NCBI GenBank assembly: GCA_963804955.1
Contig: CAWDSQ010000024.1
Span: forward strand, 96,001 to 160,000
DNA: 64,000 nt
From: an uncultured delta proteobacterium
Lineage (GTDB): Bacteria; Desulfobacterota; WTBG01; CAIYCZ01; CAIRTM01
Reading direction: 5' to 3'
This document shows positions 54,224 to 63,647 of the stretch, in pieces; position 1 is the first letter of the stretch, and every line of letters starts with the position of its first letter. The notes below the pieces were generated by a model. That model was given only the letters and a program-made list of their open reading frames with translations, ran no database searches and was not told the DNA's origin. Made by a program: the position numbers and the translations under genes.

Positions 54224-54925
54224 GTGGCCTCCAAAAAAAGCAAATCACTGATTGCCGGGATCAATATTGACTCGCTGATGGATATTATGACGTGCCTGTT
54301 CGGCATAATCCTTTTTGCCATTGTTATTGCCGTTATTAATGCGCGCGGCGTGAATGTTAAAATGTACATGCCCATGGCTGCCAGCCCTCCGGAAAAAAGC
54401 ATCCGAAAAATCTGCATCTGCGCCAATGGAACGGTTCGGGTTTTAGATGTATCTGCCGCCCTGCTTAAACTTGGCGTCAATCAGGCAGAAACAACGTATG
54501 AAAGTCTTCCCTGGTATGTTGCGTACGCCAACAGTAAAAATATTTCTGATGATTATTTTCGCTATAAACTGGATTATGTTGAATCCGCAGACAGTGCGGG
54601 GCGCGTTCGAGGCTTGTCTTTTATCGTTGAAGAGCGACCGGGCTTGAAGGGTGATACCGTTAACGATCTAGAGCAGCCACACTCAAAATTTGACAGTGCA
54701 CTAAAGACCTTTGACAATAAAAAACACTGGGTCGCTTTCGCTGTGGATAAAGCGAGCGTCGCGGTATTCAAAAAAGCACGGGAGCTTTGTATGCAAAAGG
54801 GTTTTATGACAGGCTGGGACCCGGCAATCATACAATTTCCCTATAGAGAACCGCTGTTTGATGCTGATACTGCATCCGGCGATGTTTTACCAAGTCCTGA
54901 TTTAAGTAAAATCAATACAAATTAA
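54224..54925 (+). CDS. ExbD-like single-TM protein with intact TM Asp
   Basis: NIDSLMDIMTCLFGIILF TM; C-terminal F.KAR...GWDP. Confidence 0.7.
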   Translation: MASKKSKSLIAGINIDSLMDIMTCLFGIILFAIVIAVINARGVNVKMYMPMAASPPEKSIRKICICANGTVRVLDVSAALLKLGVNQAETTYESLPWYVAYANSKNISDDYFRYKLDYVESADSAGRVRGLSFIVEERPGLKGDTVNDLEQPHSKFDSALKTFDNKKHWVAFAVDKASVAVFKKARELCMQKGFMTGWDPAIIQFPYREPLFDADTASGDVLPSPDLSKINTN

Positions 54926-54936
54926 GGAGGATACTC

Positions 54937-56751
54937 GTGGCGCTGATATGCCCAAAGTGCAATACCCTGAACGACAAGACGGCCGGGTTCTGTATGAACT
55001 GCGGATCGGCGGTTGCTGCGAACAGCAGCGGTGCCTCGGCAAGCTTTACCGCTGAAAAAACAGCAGCACTGGATCACATAAAGGACTATTCCGAGCGTAC
55101 TGTTGCCGCTGTTCTCATACCCATGTTTTTAAGCATGTTTATCACCTTTGTTTTTCAAAAATACATTGTTGCGTATTTTGGCCATGCCAATTTTTTATAC
55201 CGTCTTCTGATACCAACCGGTGAATGGTTGCAACTCCTGGTGCCGACATTGACGTTTTATATCTTTGTGTGGTCATGCATTGATCTGCTCTGGAAGGCCC
55301 TGAGGAACATAAGGATTTCACGATGCCTGGGCAATGCTGTTGTGTCACAGCTGCCGATATCTGTCAGGAGTAAATCGATTGATGCCATTCTTCAGGAACT
55401 TGCACAGGTGCCTGACGCCATCAGGCACAATATTGTTTTCATGCGCATTCTGTCACTCCTGCAGCATATACAGTCAACACGCGACTTGCAAAGAAGCCAT
55501 GAATTTTTCAAACATCAGACATCCATAGATTCTGATACTGCGCAATCCGGCTATACCCTTATTAAAATTTTCATCTGGGCAATGCCCATTTTAGGATTTC
55601 TTGGAACCGTTATCGGCATCAGTGATGCAGTAGGGAATTTTTCAGGATTTCTGAGCGGTGATATCGAAAAAGTAGATATTATTAAGAGGGAGCTTGCAAA
55701 AATTACCACAGGCCTTTCCTATGCCTTTGATACGACGCTGCTCGGTTTGGCCGGCAGTCTTGGCGCCATGCTGTTTTCCACCTTTGTGCAGACAAGAGAA
55801 GAAACCTCACTGACGGATTTGGAAGAATTAGGGTTGAGAATTGTTGCCAATGCCAGCACGGGAACGGCAGATACAAAAGCCGATGAACTAGCTGCCAATC
55901 GGGCTGAGCTGAGCGATCAAATAGCGGGATTTTCACAGGCGATCAATCACCTCACTGTACAGCTGCATGCCAATGCTGAGAGGTTACGTGACGCGCCTGC
56001 ATTGATCGAAAACTTTTGCAGAAGTTTTTCCAAAGAAGCGGGTCTTTTGACAGACTGTCTGGGTACGTCAACATCGCGATTACACGACATCACGAAGAGC
56101 CTCTCTGACAAAGAATCAGAGGACTCGATTATGCAGTCATTAAGCCGGTTCAAGATGATGATGCATGATCAGACACAGACCGTTTCAGAAAACATACGAA
56201 GCTTCATAAAGAGCATGCAGGAAAGCGCCATTGCACTATCCGGTGAATTTTCCCGGCTGCCTGATGAAATAAAATCGTATCGGGCTGGCTTGAAAGAGGA
56301 ATCAGAGCATTTATCGCGCAGCATGACGCTTGCAGCAACTCATTTTGAAACCCTCACTGAAAAAACTCAGCAGTTTCATGAATCAACGCAGCTATTAGTG
56401 AATGAATTTTCGCAGTTGTTCCCCATAGTGCACGAAAATGAACAGGTGATCAAAAACAAAATTCATGAATTTGAAGAATTAAGCAGCCAGTTCAAGGCGG
56501 CCTTTACCGCCAATACGGAAAGATTCGTCACGTCTCTAGGCCGCTTCTCCGGCAAGGTTGAGGACCTGAACGCTACACAAAAGACCACGGCGCAGGCTGT
56601 GCAGGCATTGGATGAACTGAACCTTTTAATAAGCGCCATGCAAAAATCGCAGGAGGACATCACGCGATTTTTAAGCGAGCTGACGGGCCCGCTTGAATTC
56701 AGGTTATTTCCTGCCGCAAAGGCCTCGTCGGAAAAGCCCTCAAAAAAATAA
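54937..56751 (+). CDS. MotA/TolQ/ExbB proton-channel protein with N-terminal Zn ribbon and long helical tail
   Basis: CPKC..CMNC, PILGFLGTVIGI, GLSYAFDTTLLGL, about 300-aa helical C-terminus; AGGAGG RBS. Confidence 0.85.
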   Translation: MALICPKCNTLNDKTAGFCMNCGSAVAANSSGASASFTAEKTAALDHIKDYSERTVAAVLIPMFLSMFITFVFQKYIVAYFGHANFLYRLLIPTGEWLQLLVPTLTFYIFVWSCIDLLWKALRNIRISRCLGNAVVSQLPISVRSKSIDAILQELAQVPDAIRHNIVFMRILSLLQHIQSTRDLQRSHEFFKHQTSIDSDTAQSGYTLIKIFIWAMPILGFLGTVIGISDAVGNFSGFLSGDIEKVDIIKRELAKITTGLSYAFDTTLLGLAGSLGAMLFSTFVQTREETSLTDLEELGLRIVANASTGTADTKADELAANRAELSDQIAGFSQAINHLTVQLHANAERLRDAPALIENFCRSFSKEAGLLTDCLGTSTSRLHDITKSLSDKESEDSIMQSLSRFKMMMHDQTQTVSENIRSFIKSMQESAIALSGEFSRLPDEIKSYRAGLKEESEHLSRSMTLAATHFETLTEKTQQFHESTQLLVNEFSQLFPIVHENEQVIKNKIHEFEELSSQFKAAFTANTERFVTSLGRFSGKVEDLNATQKTTAQAVQALDELNLLISAMQKSQEDITRFLSELTGPLEFRLFPAAKASSEKPSKK

Positions 56752-57111
56752 ATCGCAGAAAACCAGTGGTTCTTCACATTTGTTTTTGTACGCACCCGAC
56801 CCGCCCCCCCCTGTCCAGGGGATGCGCTTTTCGGGTCAAACTTCATTTCAAAGCCGGTATTTTTGCCCAACCTGGTCAGAGGGGTTAGGGGGGGTGCTAA
56901 ACCGTAAATTTCAAATGTGACGGTCCACTAGCCTTTTTTTATATGCCCATAATTCCGGTACGTCCCCTGGTCCTGTTATTTTTTTTTAAAGTTAATTTAA
57001 AAACAACCGATTATTAAATTAAAATCAAATACTTCGACAGTGTTTGATTTTTACTCTCCGTCAATGAGGCGGAATATTATCGAAACCCAATATACAGGAA
57101 AGGGAAAAATT

Positions 57112-57192
57112 ATGGCAACAGCAAAAAAAGCTCCTGCGAAAAAAGCTCCTGCGAAAAAAGCACCTGCGAAAAAAGCGGCTAAGAAGAAGTAG
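57112..57192 (+). CDS. 26-aa histone-H1-like basic peptide MATAKKAPAKKAPAKKAPAKKAAKKK
   Basis: Purine-rich RBS, 15-nt repeat encoding KKAPA, terminator directly downstream. Confidence 0.75.
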   Translation: MATAKKAPAKKAPAKKAPAKKAAKKK

Positions 57193-57210
57193 TTGCACCG
57201 GATTCCCCCA

Positions 57211-57243
57211 AAAAGGCAGAGCATTCGCAGCTCTGCCTTTTTA
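57211..57243 (+). terminator. Terminator after the basic peptide
   Basis: AAAAGGCAGAGC-loop-GCTCTGCCTTTTT. Confidence 0.8.
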
Positions 57244-57525
57244 TTTTGCAGGTGCAGGGATCAAAGACAGGAAAAGGGAATGGTTCTCATTATAAAATAG
57301 AACCATTCCCTTTTTTTTCGCCCCTGCTGGTTCCCGGTTCAGGGGTGCTTTAAAACAGACCATTTATGTGCTATCAGATTACATGACCGCTTTACCTAAG
57401 ACTTTTTTTGCCTTGTTGCGTCACGTTATGGTATTACATACGTACCAGGGCAGCAGTATCTGAACGGCTAAGGACTGAATTTTTTTGCAGCGCCACTAAA
57501 ATTTCAAAGCAGAAGGGTTCCATCC

Positions 57526-58053
57526 ATGAAGCATCACATAACAAAAACCATAACGTATTTTTTGGGAGCTGCGGTACTTCTGTGTGCAGCCGGGGAAGGA
57601 GCATTTTCCATGGAAAAGGGAAAAATAGAGCTATTCGATGCCCGGACGGGCAAGACAACACTTGTCGATAAAATAATAAAAACAAATGCTGAATGGAAAC
57701 AGCTTCTCACGGCCGAGCAATATGAAGTCACGGCCAATGCGGGGACGGAAAGGGCGTTTACCTGCGGCTTTCTCAATCAGAAGGAAAAGGGCCTGTACAA
57801 ATGCGTCAGATGCGGAACAGATCTTTTTCAGTCGAGCACAAAATTCGACTCGGGCACAGGCTGGCCAAGCTATACAGAGCCCGTATCAAAGCTCAATATT
57901 GTGGAGCAGCAGGACCGGTCAGCCGGCATGGTGCGGACAGCTGTTGACTGCGCACGGTGCGGCGCCCATCTCGGCCATGTTTTTGACGACGGGCCGCCTC
58001 CCACGGGAAAAAGATATTGCATAAACGGAATAGCCCTGCAGTTTGTAAAGTGA
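57526..58053 (+). CDS. msrB: Peptide-methionine (R)-S-oxide reductase with signal peptide
   Basis: [31 protein letters not shown]. Confidence 0.95.
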   Translation: MKHHITKTITYFLGAAVLLCAAGEGAFSMEKGKIELFDARTGKTTLVDKIIKTNAEWKQLLTAEQYEVTANAGTERAFTCGFLNQKEKGLYKCVRCGTDLFQSSTKFDSGTGWPSYTEPVSKLNIVEQQDRSAGMVRTAVDCARCGAHLGHVFDDGPPPTGKRYCINGIALQFVK

Positions 58054-58291
58054 TGCCCCCTGCCCCACAGGCAGACATGCTGCATCTTTGAATGTGCAGC
58101 TTTCCCTCAAGCCGGGGCAGGTTCACAACGCCTTCCGGTTGGCGCCCTGTGAGATCAGAAGTAAAATTAATGACTGTTGTTCATGCCCGGTAATCAGGCA
58201 ACTCTTTTGGGGCGCCAGGTTGAGTTATTCATTTATTCATGACTGTCACCTGGTTGGCCCCGCGCGGTTTTTGTTTGCGCCTTAGTTCTTT

Positions 58292-58663
58292 TCAGTGGAG
58301 TATGCTTTGCACGATGCTGACAAGCCGCGCGGGCTCGATGGGCTTTTGAATAAAGCCGATAAAGCCGAATTCGCGTATTTGCGTTGTAGCGGCAATTTGA
58401 TCCGCCAGGTTGCTTATAAGGTATATGGGTATGTCGCTGTTGTACCGCTTGATCTTTTGAGCGGCCTGAGCCCCCGAGTCCATTTCCTCCATCATCATAT
58501 CGCACAGTATCAGGTCCGGATTGGTCCTTTGCGCAACATCGAAGCCCTGCCTGCCGCTGGTGGCCGACACAACCACATATCCGTTGCGGGTCAGAACCGT
58601 ATTGACGGTTTCGATGATGTCGGGGTCGTCATCAATCACAAGCACTATTTTTGTTTCTGCCAT
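58292..58663 (-). CDS. Single-domain response regulator
   Basis: VLVIDDD, DLILCDMMM, KP. Confidence 0.9.
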   Translation of the reverse strand: MAETKIVLVIDDDPDIIETVNTVLTRNGYVVVSATSGRQGFDVAQRTNPDLILCDMMMEEMDSGAQAAQKIKRYNSDIPIYLISNLADQIAATTQIREFGFIGFIQKPIEPARLVSIVQSILH

Positions 58664-59073
58664 GACGTTCTCCTTTGCTGCCGGTTTATCTCGTGCAAGG
58701 CCTCATGGAACGCAGATGATTGTCTGCCGGGAACCCACTGTACTTTTAAAACTATAAAATGCAGGCCCTTGTGTGTCAAGGCAAATGAGAGGGATAGTGC
58801 CCTGGACAGCGGACCTGATCCGACACATGAAGATGCGCCCTGTCAACTCAATAAACTTCTCCCTTTCTGATCAGGGCAATTTGCCAACTGCCCTGATCCC
58901 GCCTTTATTGATGTATGTATGGACGCCCCCCACGTTCAACTCTTTGTGTATTGCGCGGCATTCAGAATATATGCTATTGTTTGCTGAATTATTACTGCAT
59001 GCACGGATGGCCCGTATGGGCCTCCACACAGGCAGTGCCATGCGCACCTGATCCGTGTCAGGAAAAAATCGAT

Positions 59074-61290
59074 ATGTCAATTTCTATTAAAGAAAAGGAA
59101 CTCTCCATGCTTTATTCGAAAAACAATCTTGAACATGGCTATGCCAATAAGATCCTCAGTATCGATCTGGGGAAGGATGATATCCGCGTAAAAGATCTCG
59201 ATCCGGTTGTCAGGGATTATTTTCTTGGCGGCCGCGGTCTGGGGCTGTACCTGCTCTATCGCCATATCAGTCCCACGACCAGGGCCGCTGATCCTGAAAA
59301 CCCCCTGATCCTCTCGCCCGGTCCACTGGGAGGCGTCCCGCAGTTCCCGGGCACGGCCAAATGCATGGCCATTTCTCTTTCTCCCCTGACCGGGATACCC
59401 GGTGCTTCCAATTTCGGCGGGCATTTCGGGGCGTACCTGAAATATGCAGGCTTTGATGCCATGGAAATCACCGGCAAGGCCGGCCGTGATGTCATGATTG
59501 TCATTAACGCCTTCAAGGGTGAAATCACCATCGAGCCGGCCCCGGCTGTTGATCAGGTATTTGCCCTGGAGCAGGAGCTGGTTGCAAGGTTTACCGGGCA
59601 GGGCTACGACCGCAAAGACATGGTTTTTCTCACCACCGGCATTGGCGCGGCGCGCACGAAGTATGGCTGCATCAACAGCCATTATTATGACCCGACCAAG
59701 CCGGTGAATGGCTCCAAAGGGCTTTTCCGCGTCAAGCAGGCGGGCCGCACCGGCCTGGGAACCGTGATGATCGACAAGTCTGTCCGCACCATTGTAATCC
59801 TGTCGCACTATCCCAAGGGCGATAACCCCTACGGCGCAGCGGACTGGGACAAAGTCAAACAGGCCGGTCAAAAGCTCAACCAAGTCGTCCATGAGGTCGA
59901 TCCGAACTATCTCCAAATGAACCGCAAGGGCAGCGCCGGCCTGATAAGCTTCATGAACAAGGAGGATTATCAGTCGCTTCCGGTGCGCAACTACCAGGCC
60001 GGTTCCGACCCCGAGGCCGGAAAGATTTGCGGGAGCCACTATGCCGAGCACCTGTTCGAGCATGGCGGCAACGACGGCTGTTTCCCGGGCTGCAGCCTCA
60101 GGTGCACCAAGGGCGGCTGGACCACCCTGCAATCCGGTGCGGGAAAAGGGCGCAAGGTCTGGGTCGACGGCCCGGAATATGAAACCGCCGCGGGATTCGG
60201 CTCAAACCTCGGCATCTTCAGTCCGCAGTTCATCATGGAGGCCAACTGGCAATGCGATGACTACGGTTTCGACACCATCACCCTGGCGGTGATCATGGCC
60301 TTTATCATGGAGTGTTTCCAGCGCGGCTACCTGACCCGGGATGACGGGCAGGGTCTGGAGCTGACCTTTGGCGACGAAGCCGCGGCGCTCGCGTTCATCC
60401 ATCAGGTTGCCCGGCATGAGACCGAGCTGGCCCGCCAGGCAGGACTGGGCATGACCAGCCTGATCGAGTGGGTAGCCCGGCGCTGGACCGAGCGTACCGG
60501 CGGCCCGGACCCCCGCCCTGATCTGGCACGCTTTGCCATGCAGACCAAGGGCCTGCCGTTCTCGCTCTATCGCACGCACCGGTCGCTTTCCATGCAGGGC
60601 TCCTATGCCGCTGCCAGCGATATCGGCGCGCACCATGCCGCGGCCTGGCTCATCAAGGTCGATCTGCTGGGGGCTTTCCCGGATTTTCAGTCCAAAGCCA
60701 GGGCGCTGATCACCTATCCGCGGGTGCGGCTGGGCAATGACAATCTGGGGCTCTGCAAATTGCCCTGGGTGGATGTCTTTAATCCGGAGAGCCAGCACAC
60801 GAAAGCTGCGGATAAGCATATCAATCCGGCTTCACAGGAAATCTATGCCGATTTTTTCAACGCCATGCTGGGCACCAGCCTGACCTGGGAGCAGATTTTT
60901 GAGCGCACCGACCGCGACATTAACCTGCAGCGCGTCATGAATGCCGTGATCTTCGGCGAGCAAACGGGCGTGTATGACTGGATTCCGGACCGGGCCATCG
61001 GGCCCACCGATGATGCGCTCTACCAGTCCGAAGCTGCATATAGCGATGCCGACCTGGGCCGTCTGGCCGGGCTGTCTCCTGAGGAGATCAGGCGCATGCC
61101 GGTCACCGAGCGGCGCGTGCGGCTGATGAGCAGCCGCAAGGCCGCGCTAACCGAGCTGATCCAGGCCTACTATGCCGAGCGGGGATGGACTGAAAGCGGC
61201 ATTCCCCGGCCTGCCGTTCTCAAGGAACTTGGCCTCTGGGAATTTCTCAGAGAAGACACCAGGACAAAGATCTCCGCTTTGGCATGCTGA
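59074..61290 (+). CDS. Aldehyde:ferredoxin oxidoreductase (W/Mo-pterin AOR family)
   Basis: FLGGRGLG, SPLTG, LKYAGFD, AGRTGLG, CFPGCSLRC, GPEYET, CDDYGFDTI, YYAERGW. Confidence 0.93.
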   Translation: MSISIKEKELSMLYSKNNLEHGYANKILSIDLGKDDIRVKDLDPVVRDYFLGGRGLGLYLLYRHISPTTRAADPENPLILSPGPLGGVPQFPGTAKCMAISLSPLTGIPGASNFGGHFGAYLKYAGFDAMEITGKAGRDVMIVINAFKGEITIEPAPAVDQVFALEQELVARFTGQGYDRKDMVFLTTGIGAARTKYGCINSHYYDPTKPVNGSKGLFRVKQAGRTGLGTVMIDKSVRTIVILSHYPKGDNPYGAADWDKVKQAGQKLNQVVHEVDPNYLQMNRKGSAGLISFMNKEDYQSLPVRNYQAGSDPEAGKICGSHYAEHLFEHGGNDGCFPGCSLRCTKGGWTTLQSGAGKGRKVWVDGPEYETAAGFGSNLGIFSPQFIMEANWQCDDYGFDTITLAVIMAFIMECFQRGYLTRDDGQGLELTFGDEAAALAFIHQVARHETELARQAGLGMTSLIEWVARRWTERTGGPDPRPDLARFAMQTKGLPFSLYRTHRSLSMQGSYAAASDIGAHHAAAWLIKVDLLGAFPDFQSKARALITYPRVRLGNDNLGLCKLPWVDVFNPESQHTKAADKHINPASQEIYADFFNAMLGTSLTWEQIFERTDRDINLQRVMNAVIFGEQTGVYDWIPDRAIGPTDDALYQSEAAYSDADLGRLAGLSPEEIRRMPVTERRVRLMSSRKAALTELIQAYYAERGWTESGIPRPAVLKELGLWEFLREDTRTKISALAC

Positions 61291-61340
61291 TGTGCAAGAT
61301 CTGCGAAAGATAAAAAGAAGATAAAAAGGGGGCGGTTGTA
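60984..61340 (+). repeat. Direct repeat copy 1 (AOR 3' end and start of its terminator)
   Basis: Near-identical to 63648..64000 (offset 2664). Confidence 0.95.
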
Positions 61341-61513
61341 GTATGAAATTACAACAGCCCCCTTTTATTGTCTGCATAAAACCACCGCCTTTGGCGGTTG
61401 ATGCAGAAGCAACTCGGCACTGCGTGACTCTTGTTTTCCCCTTTCAGGGGAATCCCAAGCCGCCCGCTATGCGGGTGGTAATTGACTTCCGCAACACCAT
61501 CAAGGATCAGATT

Positions 61514-61882
61514 ATGATTGTCGGAATGATAATAATAACTTCAGCTTTGGTGTTTTATTCGATCGGTGTGTGGTCTGAGCGGTTTGCAGGCAGATTGAAG
61601 CCCTGGCATCTCGCTTTTTTCTGGCTGGGCCTGGTGTTCGATACCTGGGGTACGGGACTGATGTTTGAAAGAGCCGGTGGAATGGTATTTGATGTGCATG
61701 GAATTTCAGGCCTGCTTGCTATCGTTCTGATGCTCATACACGCTGTTTGGGCTACGATCGTGCTGCTGCGCAAAGACGAGCGCTGGATCACGAGCTTCCA
61801 TGCATTCAGCGTGGCCGTCTGGACCATCTGGCTTATACCATATTTCAGCCCGATGTTTTTTCAATTGGGAGTAAGAGCCTGA
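61514..61882 (+). CDS. HsmA / TIGR03987-like membrane protein
   Basis: ALVFYSIGVWSE, LKPWH, FDTWGT, HG, HAVWA, WLIPY. Confidence 0.8.
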   Translation: MIVGMIIITSALVFYSIGVWSERFAGRLKPWHLAFFWLGLVFDTWGTGLMFERAGGMVFDVHGISGLLAIVLMLIHAVWATIVLLRKDERWITSFHAFSVAVWTIWLIPYFSPMFFQLGVRA

Positions 61883-61975
61883 CGTGAAGTTCGGGAATCG
61901 TCTATAACGCTTTAGATACTTACAACCGCCCCCTTTTTACGAGCCAGGGCAGCATGAATCAGGGTTCATAAATCC

Positions 61976-63292
61976 ATGCATATGTTTTCAGTTTCCAATA
62001 CGTTCCGGGCCCTGCGGTACAGGAACTACCGCCTGTTCTTCATCGGGCAGAGCATATCCCTTACGGGCACCTGGATGCAGCAGGTCGCGATAAGCTGGCT
62101 AACGTACCGGCTCACCGGCTCTGCTTTGTTGCTCGGGATCATCAGCTTTGCAGGTCAGCTTCCCGCATTTCTGCTGCTGCCCTTTGCCGGGGTCATAGCA
62201 GACCGCTTCGACAAGCGGCGCGTGCTTATCATGACGCAGGTGCTGTCCATGCTGCAGGCGCTTATACTGGCATTTCTGGTTATAACCCAGCTTGTGGCCA
62301 TATGGCAGATCATCCTGCTGAGCGTGTTTCTCGGGATTGTAAATTCTTTTGATATGCCCGCGCGGCAGGCCTTCGTCATACACATGGTGGACCGCAAGGA
62401 AGATGTCTCGAATGCGATCGCCCTTAATTCCACCATGTTCAACGGCGCCAGGCTGATCGGCCCCACCATAGCCGGCATGCTCATTGCGATGCTGGGCGAG
62501 GGCATGTGTTTCCTTCTGAATGGCCTCAGCTATGCCGCTGTCATAATTTCCCTGTACATGCTGTCAGTAAACGGTTTCGTTCCGAAAAAAAAGGACATCC
62601 GTAAGCCGCTTGCAGATCTTCTTGCCGGCACGCGCTATACCTTCGGGTTTGTGCCCATACGGGTGCTGATCCTGCTGCTGGGACTGGTAAGCCTTGCCGG
62701 TATGCCGGCATTCGTGCTCATGCCCGTATTTGCCAAAACCATTCTCCACGGCGGCCCTCATACGCTTGGGATGCTCACCGGCGCATCGGGGCTGGGGGCT
62801 CTTGCGGGGGCGCTCTATCTTGCATCGCGAACGAGCATACTTGGGCTTGGGCGCGTCATAGCCGTAGCATCCGCCGTGTTCGGAGTGGCGATCTGCCTGT
62901 TTTCCCTTTCCGGCAATCTGTATATCTCGCTGTCAGTTCTGGTGTTTGTCGGCTTCAGCATGATCGTGCAGCTTGCCGCAAGCAACACCATTCTTCAGAC
63001 CATTGCCGATGACGCCATGCGCGGCCGCGTCATGGCCTTCTACGCCATGGCCTTTGCGGGCATGGCCCCCATCGGAAGCCTGATAGCCGGAAGCGCGGCA
63101 GACCGCTTCGGCACGCCTGCCGTTGTTTTTACCGGAGGCTTGCTCTGCCTTGCCGGAGCAGCTGTATTTTGCGCGTACCTTCCTTCGCTCAGGGCCCTGC
63201 TGCGGCCCGTGTACATACAAAAAGGAATACTTCCAGAGATTGCCCTGGGCATTCAAACTGCCGATACACTGACTTCGATTCAGAAGGAATAA
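61976..63292 (+). CDS. MFS transporter (MFS_3 type)
   Basis: RNYRLFFIGQSIS, GVIADRFDKRR, FDMPARQ, MRGRVM; about 12 TMs. Confidence 0.93.
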   Translation: MHMFSVSNTFRALRYRNYRLFFIGQSISLTGTWMQQVAISWLTYRLTGSALLLGIISFAGQLPAFLLLPFAGVIADRFDKRRVLIMTQVLSMLQALILAFLVITQLVAIWQIILLSVFLGIVNSFDMPARQAFVIHMVDRKEDVSNAIALNSTMFNGARLIGPTIAGMLIAMLGEGMCFLLNGLSYAAVIISLYMLSVNGFVPKKKDIRKPLADLLAGTRYTFGFVPIRVLILLLGLVSLAGMPAFVLMPVFAKTILHGGPHTLGMLTGASGLGALAGALYLASRTSILGLGRVIAVASAVFGVAICLFSLSGNLYISLSVLVFVGFSMIVQLAASNTILQTIADDAMRGRVMAFYAMAFAGMAPIGSLIAGSAADRFGTPAVVFTGGLLCLAGAAVFCAYLPSLRALLRPVYIQKGILPEIALGIQTADTLTSIQKE

Positions 63293-63443
63293 GGGCTACG
63301 CAGTATAGTGAATCGTTGAATCGAACGACGGTTTGAACCTGCGGAAAAAAGATATATAACATCTAAAAAAGGGGGCGTCACCTGGTTTGCGCCGGAAAGA
63401 TAAAAACGCGGTTATATCATTTTTCAACAGAAGGGAGTTTTTT

Positions 63444-63639
63444 ATGAAAGTAACTATAGATTAGGATCGTTGCATGGGAGACAGGCAGTGCAGTGAGATG
63501 TGTCCTGAAGTATTTGAATATGATGAGGGAAAGACTGAAAGCGCTCGTGCGTGTTGAGTTTGTTCCGCCTGAACTGGAAGAGCGTGTCAGGCAGACTGCT
63601 GCGAAATGTGATACGGAGGCTATTACCATCGAGGAGTAA
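63444..63639 (+). pseudogene. Single-cluster ferredoxin (CxxDxxC) with an in-frame TAG and a frameshift
   Basis: GGGAG RBS; MKVTID*DRCMGDRQCSEMCPEVFE / ...AAKCDTEAITIEE; TAG at 63462-63464. Confidence 0.75.
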
Positions 63640-63647
63640 CATAGTAC

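Noticed and set aside
53720..56751. Calling the motor operon a canonical Zorya system
   Set aside because: There is no OmpA-domain ZorB and no ZorC/D/E genes; only the tail architecture is similar.
57124..57177. 15-nt tandem repeat as a CRISPR or VNTR
   Set aside because: There are no spacers; it is an in-frame coding repeat of the KKAPA peptide.
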